The notes under the pieces were generated by a model. That model was given only the letters and a program-made list of their open reading frames with translations. It did not search any database and was not told the DNA's origin. From positions 1 through 49,998 of the forward strand of contig JBBDXB010000002.1 of NCBI GenBank assembly GCA_040902515.1: a stretch of 49,998 nt of DNA. Direction: 5' to 3'. The position numbers and the translations under genes were made by a program. The stretch comes from Patescibacteria group bacterium (GTDB lineage: Bacteria > Patescibacteriota > SICC01). This document shows, piece after piece, positions 35,741 to 44,874 of the stretch. Each line of letters starts with the position of its first letter. Position 1 is the first letter of the stretch.

Positions 35741-37150
35741 ATGCCCTGCTACGCGACCGTGCCGCTCGCCGTCACCCGTCGAGAGACGTACACGTACCGC
35801 TCCGAGATGCCGCTCCGGCGCGGGGAGGTGGTGCGTATCCGGTATGCCGGCCGGGAGCGTACCGGCGTGATCTGGAACTCCGCGGATGCCGATCCACGGG
35901 CGGTCGAAGTCAGTGATCGTACCGGAGAGCGCCTCCCCGACTGGCAGCTCCGGTTCGCGGAAGAGCTCGCGAAACGCTTCCTGGCGCCGCTAGGCCAGAC
36001 GTTGAGACTGTTTTTGCCGGAGTGGCGAGACGGTGATTGCGCACCGAAACGAACGAACCCCGGTGAATCCCGCCTTTCCCTGCTCGCCAGCACGGACCCC
36101 TGGCCGGAATACGCGGAAACGGTCTCAAAGGCACGCGGGCAATGCCTGGTGCTCGTTCCCGAAGCACGGCTGGTACGCGACCGGATTCCCGACGCGATCC
36201 CTTTCACTGCCACGATGCCGATCGCGGCACGGCGTGAGGCATGGAAGCGCGTAAGTTCGGATACCCGTGCGGTGGTCGTCGGCACCCGATCCGCCCTCTT
36301 CCTACCATGGTGCAACCTATCCACGATAATCGTGGACCAAGAAGACGAATTAGGCTATGTGAACGACCGCACTCCCCGCTACCACGCTCGGGAAGCCGCC
36401 CTGCTCCTTGCCGCACGACAGGGTGCCAGCCTGCTGCTGTCGTCGGTCGCACCCGGCCTGCGCGCCTGGGCGGCAGCCGGACAACCCGCATTGCCTGAAC
36501 CGGAACTCGTGCATCCCGGCGTGATCGGTATCCGTAACGTCTCCGGTCGCGATGTCCTGCCCTACGGACTGGCGGAACGGATACGGGAGACCGACGGCGA
36601 GGTCCTGGTGCATGCCACGATCCGCCACGTCGGCGGGATCCGCGACGCCCTGAAGCGGGCAGCTCCCGGTGCGCGGGTCCGCGTAGCCGGCCAACCGGCG
36701 CTCTTCCGTGACCGCCGCTACGCACTGGCTGTCGCGCTCGACTTCGATGCCCTTTTGTCCCGTCCGGGATACGCCGTTACCGAACGCGCGGTTTCGTTGG
36801 CCCGGAAGCTCGCGGCCCGGGTGGTGCCGGGCGGCCGGCTGCTGGTCTATACCGCGCATCCCGACCACCCCGCCCTGGCCGCGGCGGCGAGGACCTACCG
36901 CGCCTTTCTGGAAGCCGAGCTTGCCGAACGACGGACGCTCCGTCTTCCTCCGGCCGGACCGTTGGTCCGCATCGAGACCACGACGGCGGACGGACCGAAG
37001 GTCCTGGAGCAACTCGAGGCCCTCGGGGTACCGGAACGCAGTGCCAAAAGTACGCGCTCCGGTGACCGCGCCACCATCCTGGTGAAATGGGATCCTGCCA
37101 CGCTCAGGCCCCTGATCGCTCCCGAACGGCGCATTTCCGTCGACTACTGA
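35741..37150 (+). CDS. priA: PriA-like primosomal protein N', degenerate (no Walker A, DEAH -> DQED, no Cys-rich Zn region)
   Basis: 469 aa. The N-terminal 3'-DNA-binding domain pattern (..YTYRS..L.RGEVVRIRY.GRERTGVIW..) and the motif II neighbourhood TIIVDQEDELGYVNDRTPRYHAREAALLLA identify the family. Where GxxGSGKT is expected the sequence is LLASTDPWPEY. Confidence 0.78.
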   Translation: MPCYATVPLAVTRRETYTYRSEMPLRRGEVVRIRYAGRERTGVIWNSADADPRAVEVSDRTGERLPDWQLRFAEELAKRFLAPLGQTLRLFLPEWRDGDCAPKRTNPGESRLSLLASTDPWPEYAETVSKARGQCLVLVPEARLVRDRIPDAIPFTATMPIAARREAWKRVSSDTRAVVVGTRSALFLPWCNLSTIIVDQEDELGYVNDRTPRYHAREAALLLAARQGASLLLSSVAPGLRAWAAAGQPALPEPELVHPGVIGIRNVSGRDVLPYGLAERIRETDGEVLVHATIRHVGGIRDALKRAAPGARVRVAGQPALFRDRRYALAVALDFDALLSRPGYAVTERAVSLARKLAARVVPGGRLLVYTAHPDHPALAAAARTYRAFLEAELAERRTLRLPPAGPLVRIETTTADGPKVLEQLEALGVPERSAKSTRSGDRATILVKWDPATLRPLIAPERRISVDY

Positions 37151-37163
37151 GTACACTGGACAT

Positions 37164-37688
37164 ATGACGACAGGACCCCACCAGCTCGTCCCTTCGGATG
37201 ACCCGGTCCTCCGGAAAGTCGCGTCGCGAGCGAAGGATGCCCGCCAGGTCGCCGACTTGGCCGAGGCCCTGTTGACCAGCATGCGGCAGGAAGGCGGCGT
37301 GGGAATGGCAGCGCCCCAGGTCGGTCAAAGCGTCCGCGTGTTCGTGACCGGCGTCGGGGAACAGCAGGTCTTCGTCAACCCGGAAATCACCGAACGCTCA
37401 GACGAACTGATCTGGTGGGAAGAGGGCTGCCTGAGCCTGCCGCGCCTCCTCGGTGACGTACGACGACCAAAGGAGGTCACCATACGGGCGATCGACGCAC
37501 AAGGAACGCCGTTCACCGTCCGGGCGGATGGGCTCTGCGCGCGCGTGATCCAACACGAGATCGACCATCTCGACGGCATCCTGTTCCCCGACCGCATGGA
37601 AGACCTGTCCAAGCTCCGCACGCTTACCGACAAGGAGTGGCAGAGCCGGTTCGAAGGCAATGAACAGCTCCGCGAAGAGGAGATGTGA
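37164..37688 (+). CDS. def: Peptide deformylase
   Basis: 174 aa. Motifs GVGMAAPQVG, EGCLSLP, QHEIDHLDG. TACACT lies 6 nt before the ATG. Confidence 0.93.
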   Translation: MTTGPHQLVPSDDPVLRKVASRAKDARQVADLAEALLTSMRQEGGVGMAAPQVGQSVRVFVTGVGEQQVFVNPEITERSDELIWWEEGCLSLPRLLGDVRRPKEVTIRAIDAQGTPFTVRADGLCARVIQHEIDHLDGILFPDRMEDLSKLRTLTDKEWQSRFEGNEQLREEEM

Positions 37689-38608
37689 TGAGAGTCGTAT
37701 TCCTGGGGACGCCGGCGTTCGGACGGACGATACTGGAGCGGGTCCTGGAAGCCGGGTGGGAGGTCCCGCTGGCAATCAGCCAACCCTCTCGGACGGTCCA
37801 GCGGCGCGGGCGATCCAGCGAGCCCGTGCCGAGTCCGGTCACGACCGCGGCCCGGGAGCACGGCGTTGACATCGAGGAGCCAGACCGGTTGGACGCGGTG
37901 CTCCCCGATCTGCGAGAGCTCTCCCCGGACGCATTCGTGGTCGCTTCATTCGGACGGTTGGTTCCCCGTGAACTCCTGGAGCTGCCGGCGCCATGGGTCA
38001 ACGTTCACGCCTCCCTCCTGCCCCGGTACCGCGGCGCCTCGCCGATCCAACAGGCGATCATCGACGGACAGGCCGGGACGGGCGTGAGCCTGATGCGGAT
38101 GACCGAGGGGCTCGACGAGGGACCCGTCTATGCCGTCCGGCCGGTATCGATCGCCGGCGACGACACGGCCGGCTCCCTGTCAGAAAAACTGGCGGATGCC
38201 GGAGCCGGACTCCTGGTCAAAACTCTTCCCGGGATCGTCCGGGGTTCCCTTGAGCCGAAGCCACAGCCGGAGGACGGCGTCTCATATACGACGAGGCTCA
38301 CCAAGGCATCGGGCACGATCGACTGGTCGCAGGGTGCGGAGACCCTGGAGCGTTTCGTCCGGGCCATGCAGCCGTGGCCGGGAGCCCGGACCGCGGCCGA
38401 CGAAGCCACGGTGACGATTACCGCGGCTTCGGTCGCCATGGCGGCACGCGACCCGGAAGCTCCGGGGACCTTCGGCGCTCAGCCGCCACTCATCGTGAGC
38501 GCCGGGAACGGTCGCCTGCGGGTCGACCGTCTGACACCGGCCGGAAAACCGGAGATGCCGGGAGACGACTGGCTGCGCGGACGACGGCGCGGCGGCCGGT
38601 TCGACTGA
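37688..38608 (+). CDS. fmt: Methionyl-tRNA formyltransferase
   Basis: About 306 aa. ..VVFLGTP.F.. and ..NVHASLLPRYRGASPIQ.. motifs. ATG 37688 overlaps the def stop. The ORF-track start at 37685 is a GTG. Confidence 0.93.
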   Translation: MRVVFLGTPAFGRTILERVLEAGWEVPLAISQPSRTVQRRGRSSEPVPSPVTTAAREHGVDIEEPDRLDAVLPDLRELSPDAFVVASFGRLVPRELLELPAPWVNVHASLLPRYRGASPIQQAIIDGQAGTGVSLMRMTEGLDEGPVYAVRPVSIAGDDTAGSLSEKLADAGAGLLVKTLPGIVRGSLEPKPQPEDGVSYTTRLTKASGTIDWSQGAETLERFVRAMQPWPGARTAADEATVTITAASVAMAARDPEAPGTFGAQPPLIVSAGNGRLRVDRLTPAGKPEMPGDDWLRGRRRGGRFD

Positions 38609-38623
38609 ACCCGCAGGCGGACG

Positions 38624-39598
38624 TCATCGCGGCGGCAGTACGGACCAGGTATCGTCCGGATTCTGTGCAAGACGGCCCGGCACCGAGAAGCCCGCGGCCT
38701 GCTTGTGTCCGCCGCCGCCGAGCGTCCGGGCGAGCCGGTTCACATCGATCGTCTCGTTGCGCGTACGCAGGCTCCCTTTGACTTCCCCGTTCCCGAGGTC
38801 GGTGAGCAACATCATCGCCGGTACGCCGGGAATCGCGTTCAGGAAGTTAACCAACCCCTCGATGTCGTCCTGGTTAGCACCGCATTCGGCCAGATCCTCC
38901 GCCGTCAGTACGGTCGAGACGACGCCGCCCGCCTGCGGGTGTTGGTCAATCCGCGACATCGCCCGCCCCCAGAGCCTGAGTTTGGGAATCGAACTGTGGT
39001 AGAAACAATGCTTGATGATCGCCCGGTTGTCGGCGCCGGCGCGCAGCAGGGCGGCGGCGGCCTGGTATGTCGTGGACTTGGTGTTCTGGTTCTGGAACGC
39101 CGAGGTGTCGGTGACGATACCGGTCAGCAGCGCCGTCGCCGACGGACGCGAGAACCGCCATCCGCCTTCACGGGCAAGCTCATACACCATCTCGGCCGCG
39201 GATGATGATCGGTCGTCATAGACGGCCAGCCGCCGGTCACGGGGAAGTGTGCGCTTGGGGTGGTGGTCGATGTCCACGACGGGCATCCGCTTGGCCAGTT
39301 TCGCGATGTCCAGGGCGCTTTTTTCATCGGTCGGACAATCGAGCACGACCAGTAGGTCCGCCTTCCGGAAGTCGGGTCGTTCGGTGAACCGCTCGCTGCC
39401 GTGTAGAAAGCGATACTGGGAGGGAACGGGGTCCACGCAGGCGAACTGGACTTCGGCACCCTGTGTCTCCAGGAGCAGCCCCAGACCCAGTGTCGAACCG
39501 ATCGCGTCACCGTCCGGACGGTCGTGGCATACCAATACCGGAGCCCTCGCCTGCCCAAGAGTGCTGATCGCCCCCAGGAGACGAGGCCGCGGGATCAT
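38624..39598 (-). CDS. nrnA: DHH/DHHA1 phosphoesterase, NrnA-like oligoribonuclease/pAp phosphatase
   Basis: Start moved to ATG 39598 (MIPRPRLLGAI..), 324 aa. Motifs ..CHDRPDGDAIGS.., ..VDIDHH.., ..GGGGHKQAAG... The ATG overlaps the rbfA stop (ATGA). Confidence 0.87.
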   Translation of the reverse strand: MIPRPRLLGAISTLGQARAPVLVCHDRPDGDAIGSTLGLGLLLETQGAEVQFACVDPVPSQYRFLHGSERFTERPDFRKADLLVVLDCPTDEKSALDIAKLAKRMPVVDIDHHPKRTLPRDRRLAVYDDRSSSAAEMVYELAREGGWRFSRPSATALLTGIVTDTSAFQNQNTKSTTYQAAAALLRAGADNRAIIKHCFYHSSIPKLRLWGRAMSRIDQHPQAGGVVSTVLTAEDLAECGANQDDIEGLVNFLNAIPGVPAMMLLTDLGNGEVKGSLRTRNETIDVNRLARTLGGGGHKQAAGFSVPGRLAQNPDDTWSVLPPR

Positions 39599-39912
39599 CT
39601 CTGCAGCAGTTCGGTTATCCGCCCGGCGTTGACTGCCCCTTCGTCCTTGCGGACCCGCAGCTTCGGCGTGAACTTGAGCGTGATCCGTTCGGCGACGTGT
39701 CGCTGCAGTTCGGGCAGTGTCTCCCCCAGTGCCCGCCAGGCTTCCTCGGTCTCCGGGATGATGCTTACCCAGCAATCGGCCTGCTTGAGATCCGCGGTGA
39801 CCTCTACCGCGGTCACGGTCACGAGGCCGTCCTCGCTCACCCCCCGCTTGGCAAGGGCGACGTTAAGCTCCCTGGCAAGCAACGCGTTGACCTTCTCCAG
39901 TCTCGCACTCAT
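39595..39912 (-). CDS. rbfA: Ribosome-binding factor A
   Basis: Start moved to ATG 39912 (MSARLEKVNALLARELN..), 105 aa. Overlaps the infB stop (ATGA). Conserved infB-rbfA order. Confidence 0.9.
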   Translation of the reverse strand: MSARLEKVNALLARELNVALAKRGVSEDGLVTVTAVEVTADLKQADCWVSIIPETEEAWRALGETLPELQRHVAERITLKFTPKLRVRKDEGAVNAGRITELLQR

Positions 39913-41672
39913 GGCAGTTTCCGCTTCTTTTCGAGTCGCCGGAGCAACGTAATCCGCTGGCCTTCTTCGACCCGTGGACCGACGACCGTCAGGCCGCACT
40001 CCGTTCCGGCGGACACTTCCTGGACCTCTTCGTCGACCCGGCGCAACGTCTTCACTTTGCCCTCCGTGTCGGTCCCGTCCACCCGGTATTCCGTTCCGGG
40101 CACGAACTTTCCATCCTCAACCTTACAGCCGATGATCTGGCTCTCCTTGGTGGTCCGGAAGATCGCCAGGACGGTCCCCTTCCCGACCTCGTTGACGATA
40201 ACCTCAGGCGGCAGGAGCGCTTCCAGCGCCGATTTCAGGTCGTCCAGCAGTTCGTAAATCACGTCGTAGGTGGCAATCCGGATGTCGAGTTGCTGGGCCA
40301 GCTTCTTCGCCGCCGGTTCGACCCGCGCCTTGAACCCGACGATCATCGCTTTCGAGCTCTCCGCCTGGCGGATGACCGATTCAGTGATCGAGCCGATGCC
40401 GGTGTGTACCAGTTGGACTGCGACTTCGTCCTGGGGAATCTTCGCCAGGCTGCCTTCGATCGCCTCGAGCGAACCTTTGACGTCGGTCACCAACACCACG
40501 GGGAGCTGCGTCACCTTTCCGGCATCCACCGCCCGTTTGATAGCCTCCATGGACAACGCTGGCTTTTCCACCCGGCGGGCATGGCGCCGGCGCATGTTGG
40601 CGCTCGCCCGTTTCCTTGCCTCCTGTTCGCTGCCGGCCCCGGTTACGCCGGCCCCGAAACTCGGTGCGCCGGACAGTCCGGCGACTTGCGCCGGAGTGCC
40701 CGGTCCGGCCGCTTCGAGCCGTTTCCCGCGCCAGTCCTCCATCAGCCGGACACGGCCGGTAACATCCTCGATCACCAGGTGGTCACCGACCCGAAGCGTC
40801 CCGTTCTGGACCAGAATCGTCGCCACCGGCCCCTTGGCCCGGGACAGACGCGATTCGATCACTACGCCGGAGAGATCGCCTTCGGCATTCCCGACCGGCT
40901 TGGCGATATCGGAGACCAGCAGCACCATCTCAAGCAGCTCGGGAATACCCTGTCCGGTCTTGCTCGACGTCTCGACGAAGACGGCGTCGCCACCCCAGTC
41001 TTCCGCGACCACGTCGAGCTCCGCCAGGCCCTGCTTGGCCTTGTTAGGATCGGAACCCTCGGCATCGACCTTGGTGACCGCGACCACGAACGGCACGCCG
41101 GCCGCCTTGATGTGCTCCACCGCCTCCTTGGTCTGCGGCTTCACGCCGTCATCCGCGGCGATGACCAGGATCGCGACGTCAGTCATCTTGGTGCCATGGG
41201 CGCGCATCGCGGTAAAGGCCTCGTGTCCCGGCGTATCCAGGAACGTGATCGGCCGCTTCTTGCCACCGCCCTTCGGCATGGCCTCAACCTGGTAGGCGCC
41301 GATGTGCTGGGTGATGCCGCCGGATTCCCCCGCCACCACGTCCGTCTGCTGGATCGCGTCGAGCAGCGAGGTCTTGCCGTGGTCCACGTGCCCGAGCACG
41401 GCTACGATCGGCGGCCGGGGCTGGCCTTCGGTCGGTTTGCGGGAGACATCGGCTGTTTCCGTCTCGTCCGGCAGTCGCTCGACCGCCACCCCCAGGTCCC
41501 CGGCGATGATCGCCGCGGTCTCATAGTCGATATCCTCGTTTATCGTCGCCATCACGCCGTTTTTCATGAGCTCTCCCATCACGGCCGGAACGGGTTTGCC
41601 GATCGCTTCGGCAAGCTCTTTCACCGAGACGACGCCCGGAAGCTTCACGACGGATTGTGCTGATTCAGCCAT
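39909..41672 (-). CDS. infB: Translation initiation factor IF-2 (short N-terminal region)
   Basis: 587 aa. G-domain motifs GHVDHGKTSLLD, DTPGHEAF, VTKVD. C-terminal IF2 domains. Confidence 0.95.
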   Translation of the reverse strand: MAESAQSVVKLPGVVSVKELAEAIGKPVPAVMGELMKNGVMATINEDIDYETAAIIAGDLGVAVERLPDETETADVSRKPTEGQPRPPIVAVLGHVDHGKTSLLDAIQQTDVVAGESGGITQHIGAYQVEAMPKGGGKKRPITFLDTPGHEAFTAMRAHGTKMTDVAILVIAADDGVKPQTKEAVEHIKAAGVPFVVAVTKVDAEGSDPNKAKQGLAELDVVAEDWGGDAVFVETSSKTGQGIPELLEMVLLVSDIAKPVGNAEGDLSGVVIESRLSRAKGPVATILVQNGTLRVGDHLVIEDVTGRVRLMEDWRGKRLEAAGPGTPAQVAGLSGAPSFGAGVTGAGSEQEARKRASANMRRRHARRVEKPALSMEAIKRAVDAGKVTQLPVVLVTDVKGSLEAIEGSLAKIPQDEVAVQLVHTGIGSITESVIRQAESSKAMIVGFKARVEPAAKKLAQQLDIRIATYDVIYELLDDLKSALEALLPPEVIVNEVGKGTVLAIFRTTKESQIIGCKVEDGKFVPGTEYRVDGTDTEGKVKTLRRVDEEVQEVSAGTECGLTVVGPRVEEGQRITLLRRLEKKRKLP

Positions 41673-41726
41673 ACCTTATAGCGTACCAGCCATGAGGGCT
41701 CGTACATAACGGGAAGCGGCCTTGCG

Positions 41727-43031
41727 CTACCCGGTCGTATCCTTGATCTTCTTGGCGCTGACCTTACCGATGCCCGGCAGTTCCTCAAGTTCCTCGAGCG
41801 TGGCGGCCTTGAGCTTCGCCAGGTCTCCGTAGCCCGCTTCCGACAATTTACCGAGGATACCCTCCGGAAGTGCCGAGAGATCCTTGGCGGCATCGGATGA
41901 TTTGCCGGCCGGCACGGCGGCCGCCTTCTTCACGGCCTCTTCCGGATTCTTCAGTCCCTTGATGGACAGCGCGATCCGGTGTGCGTCGGGATCGATCGCC
42001 AGGACGAGGAACTCGTACTCCGAGCCGACCTCGACCACCTCGGTGGGGTTCTCCACGTGCTCTTCGGCGAGCTCCGAGACATGGGCCAAGCCGGCGATGT
42101 CGTCGCCCAGGTCCACGAACGCCCCGAACGGCGTGACCCGCTCGACGGTGCCTGTCACCTTCTGCCCTGGCTTGTACTTCGCGGCCGCCTTCGCCCACGG
42201 GTCTTCCTTGAGTCGCTTCACCGAAAGGGATACCTTCGCTCCCTCGATGCCGACGATCTTGGCCTCGATCTCCTGGCCGACCGACAGGTGGTCGCGCGGA
42301 TTGTCGACCCGGTTCCAGTCGATCTCGGAGATGTGGATCAGACCCTCCAGGCCGTCGTCGAAGCTGACGAACGCGCCGAAGTCCACCACGCCCGTGATCT
42401 TGCCCTTCACTACGTCGCCTTCCGAATACTTGGCGAGCGATTCCACGGTCTCGTGCGTACGGGCCAGCTTTTCGGAAAGAATCAGCTTGTTCTCGACCTT
42501 GTCGAGGTCGAGGATCTGCACCTTGAGCGGCTGGCCGATGAACTGACGGAGTTTCTCCAGGATCAGGTCGCGGTCGCCGCCGGACACACGCGGGTAGTGC
42601 TCCGGGACCAGCTGCGATACAGGCAGGAACCCGCGGATCCCGTCCACGTCGAGCAGGAGCCCGCCGGTGTTGGCATCCGTAACGGTCGCCTCGAACGCTT
42701 CCTTGGCGTCGAGCCTGGCCTCCAGGTCCGTCCAGGTGCGGTCCCGCTGCGCCCGGCGGATGGAAAGGATCACGTATCCATCATCGTTCTCCAGCGTCAG
42801 AACCGAGGCGTAGACGGTATCGCCGACGGCAAGCTTCGTGAGCGTCCGCTGGTCACCGATTTCGCGGGCCGGGACGTAGCCGGTCGCCAGTCCCTTGATG
42901 TCGACCCAGAGTTCGCTCTTGCTCTTGGTGACGACGTTGGCTTCGATCACTTCGCCGGGAGCGAGTCGAATCGGTGCCGCGTTCTCAAGCAGCGTCGCGA
43001 ACGATTCCTTGCTTTGGGATTTGGCGGCCAT
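41727..43031 (-). CDS. rpsA: S1-repeat RNA-binding protein (ribosomal protein S1-like, four S1 domains) with C-terminal helix-hairpin-helix
   Basis: 434 aa. Four S1/OB repeats (for example ..GDVVKGKITGVVDFGAFVSF..GLIHISEI.., ..GQKVTGTVERVTPFGAFVDL..GLAHVSEL..). The tail ..LEELEELPGIGKVSAKKIKD is HhH-like. Confidence 0.85.
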   Translation of the reverse strand: MAAKSQSKESFATLLENAAPIRLAPGEVIEANVVTKSKSELWVDIKGLATGYVPAREIGDQRTLTKLAVGDTVYASVLTLENDDGYVILSIRRAQRDRTWTDLEARLDAKEAFEATVTDANTGGLLLDVDGIRGFLPVSQLVPEHYPRVSGGDRDLILEKLRQFIGQPLKVQILDLDKVENKLILSEKLARTHETVESLAKYSEGDVVKGKITGVVDFGAFVSFDDGLEGLIHISEIDWNRVDNPRDHLSVGQEIEAKIVGIEGAKVSLSVKRLKEDPWAKAAAKYKPGQKVTGTVERVTPFGAFVDLGDDIAGLAHVSELAEEHVENPTEVVEVGSEYEFLVLAIDPDAHRIALSIKGLKNPEEAVKKAAAVPAGKSSDAAKDLSALPEGILGKLSEAGYGDLAKLKAATLEELEELPGIGKVSAKKIKDTTG

Positions 43032-43129
43032 GTTCGTTCAGAATAATGAGCCCCGGCACGTCCAGGGCGTGGTGATTAACGGTGGTTACTACGGAACCAG
43101 TGTACTGAGGCAGGTGCAGGCACGCAAGA

Positions 43130-44806
43130 CTACGAGACGGACGGTTGCTTCTTGAGCGTCTTGAGGTGGCGGGAGCGGTGGCGGCTGTATTTCGCGTGAT
43201 CGAGGCCGAAACGGCGAATCATCTTGCTGGCGTATTCCGCGCCGAGGTAGTGCGGCATCAGGGCGTAGCTGGCCCCATGCCGGTAGAGCGCCTCGGTCTG
43301 GGCCACGCTGTGCGAAAGTGCCATAACTACGGCATTCTTGTTGTTCTGCCGGACGGTCTTCACGAGCAGCAGGTTGCTCTCGAAGTCGGGAAGCGTCGAG
43401 ACGACGATCCGGGCGGACCCCACCCCGATGTCCTGGAGAAACTCGACGTCCGTCGCATCGCCATACCGGCAATCAACGCCGCGCAGTTCGAGCTTCCGGA
43501 TTACTTCGGGGTCGAAGTCTATCACCGTGACGCGAAATCCTTTTTCGTTGAGCGTGTGGAAGAACTGATGTCCCACCCGGTGGTACCCGAACAAGATCGC
43601 CTCGTTCTCCTGCTCGCGTTCGGACTGCTGCGGCGAAGGGTGTCGGAAACGGATCCGGCGGGACAGGAACCGGTACAGCTGGTCCGAGTACGTGATCATG
43701 TAGGTAGAGCCGGCGATGGTGATCAGGCCGACCAGCGTGACCAAGGACACGATGTTATCGGAAAGATGGCCGACCTCGTGGCCGAGCGCGACCAGGATCA
43801 ACGAGAATTCACTGATCTGCGCCACGGTCAGTCCGGCCTGGAAGCCGATCCGGCTGCTGTAGCCGAGCCGGGTCATCAGCCAGTACACGACGATCGGATT
43901 ACCGACCAGTACGAATACGGAGAGCACCAGGGCGAGCGGAAGTTCGGCGAGGACATCGCCGATATTCATTTGCGCCCCGAGCAAGATGAAGAACAGTACG
44001 ATGAAGAAGTCCCGGAGCGGGCGCATCCGCGAGGCCACCTCCGTGGCATAGGGGGAGCTCGCGAACGCGATGCCGGCGATCAGGGCCCCGACCTCGACCG
44101 AGAAGTCCGCCAGATAGAACACGGAAGCGATGCCCAGTCCCCAGGAGATCGAAAGCAGGAAAAGCAGCTCCTGGCTTTTGGCAGCCAACCGGGTCAGCGG
44201 CGGTAGGACGAACCGACTGGCGAGATACGCCGCCAGGGTGAGGCCCGCTCCCTTGAGTGCCGTGACGCCGATAAGCTGCTCGTAGCTCATACCCTGCTGG
44301 CTCGTCGCCGTCGAGATGAAGACCAGCGCGAGCGTGGCGACGATATCCTGCACCAGGAGGAATCCGATCGCGATCTGCCCGTACAACTTGTGGGTATCAC
44401 CCCTGTCGGACAGGAGCTTCAGGATGATGATCGTGCTACTGAACGTCAGGGCAACCGCGACGTAGAATGCCTCGAGCATCGCCAGGCCGAGTGCGGTAGC
44501 CAACCCGAATCCGATCACCGACGTAAAGATCACCTGGCCGAGGCCGGTGATCACGGAAATCCGGCCGACCGATCGCAATGCCTGCGGCCGGAGCCCGAGC
44601 CCCACGATGTACAGCAACATGATGATGCCGATCTTCGAGAAGAGCTGCAGCGCGTCGTACGACTGGATCACGTTGAACAAGAACGGCCCGGCGATGATAC
44701 CGGCGACGATGTAGGCCACCACCAGCGGTTGGCGGACCGCCTGCAATAGGAAGGCGATGGCGGTCGCCAGAAGCGTGATGACGGTGAGTTCGAGTAGTGC
44801 GGACAT
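43130..44806 (-). CDS. Monovalent cation:proton antiporter-2 (CPA2/Kef-type) with C-terminal RCK/TrkA-N domain
   Basis: 558 aa, about 12 TM. Na_H_exchanger-like N-terminus (..PLVVAYIVAGIIAGP..), then ..ILFGYHRVGHQF.. Rossmann-like RCK domain. Confidence 0.87.
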   Translation of the reverse strand: MSALLELTVITLLATAIAFLLQAVRQPLVVAYIVAGIIAGPFLFNVIQSYDALQLFSKIGIIMLLYIVGLGLRPQALRSVGRISVITGLGQVIFTSVIGFGLATALGLAMLEAFYVAVALTFSSTIIILKLLSDRGDTHKLYGQIAIGFLLVQDIVATLALVFISTATSQQGMSYEQLIGVTALKGAGLTLAAYLASRFVLPPLTRLAAKSQELLFLLSISWGLGIASVFYLADFSVEVGALIAGIAFASSPYATEVASRMRPLRDFFIVLFFILLGAQMNIGDVLAELPLALVLSVFVLVGNPIVVYWLMTRLGYSSRIGFQAGLTVAQISEFSLILVALGHEVGHLSDNIVSLVTLVGLITIAGSTYMITYSDQLYRFLSRRIRFRHPSPQQSEREQENEAILFGYHRVGHQFFHTLNEKGFRVTVIDFDPEVIRKLELRGVDCRYGDATDVEFLQDIGVGSARIVVSTLPDFESNLLLVKTVRQNNKNAVVMALSHSVAQTEALYRHGASYALMPHYLGAEYASKMIRRFGLDHAKYSRHRSRHLKTLKKQPSVS

Positions 44807-44826
44807 GGGAACGTAAAAATTGCTTT

Positions 44827-44855
44827 ACCATAACAAAAAAAGGCGCTCCTGTCAA
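44827..44855 (-). promoter_or_regulatory. Candidate promoter of the CPA2 antiporter gene, -35 embedded in the terminator loop
   Basis: Minus strand: TTGACA (44855..44850), 17 nt, TATGGT (44832..44827). The ATG at 44806 lies 20 nt downstream. No SD. Confidence 0.5.
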
Positions 44856-44861
44856 GGCGCC
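44835..44861 (-). terminator. Intrinsic terminator after the BNR lipoprotein gene
   Basis: Minus strand: GGCGC-CUUGACAGGA-GCGCC followed by U7 (plus-strand a44835..a44841). Starts 14 nt after the stop at 44875. Confidence 0.7.
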
Positions 44862-44874
44862 GATCGGGCAGCCC

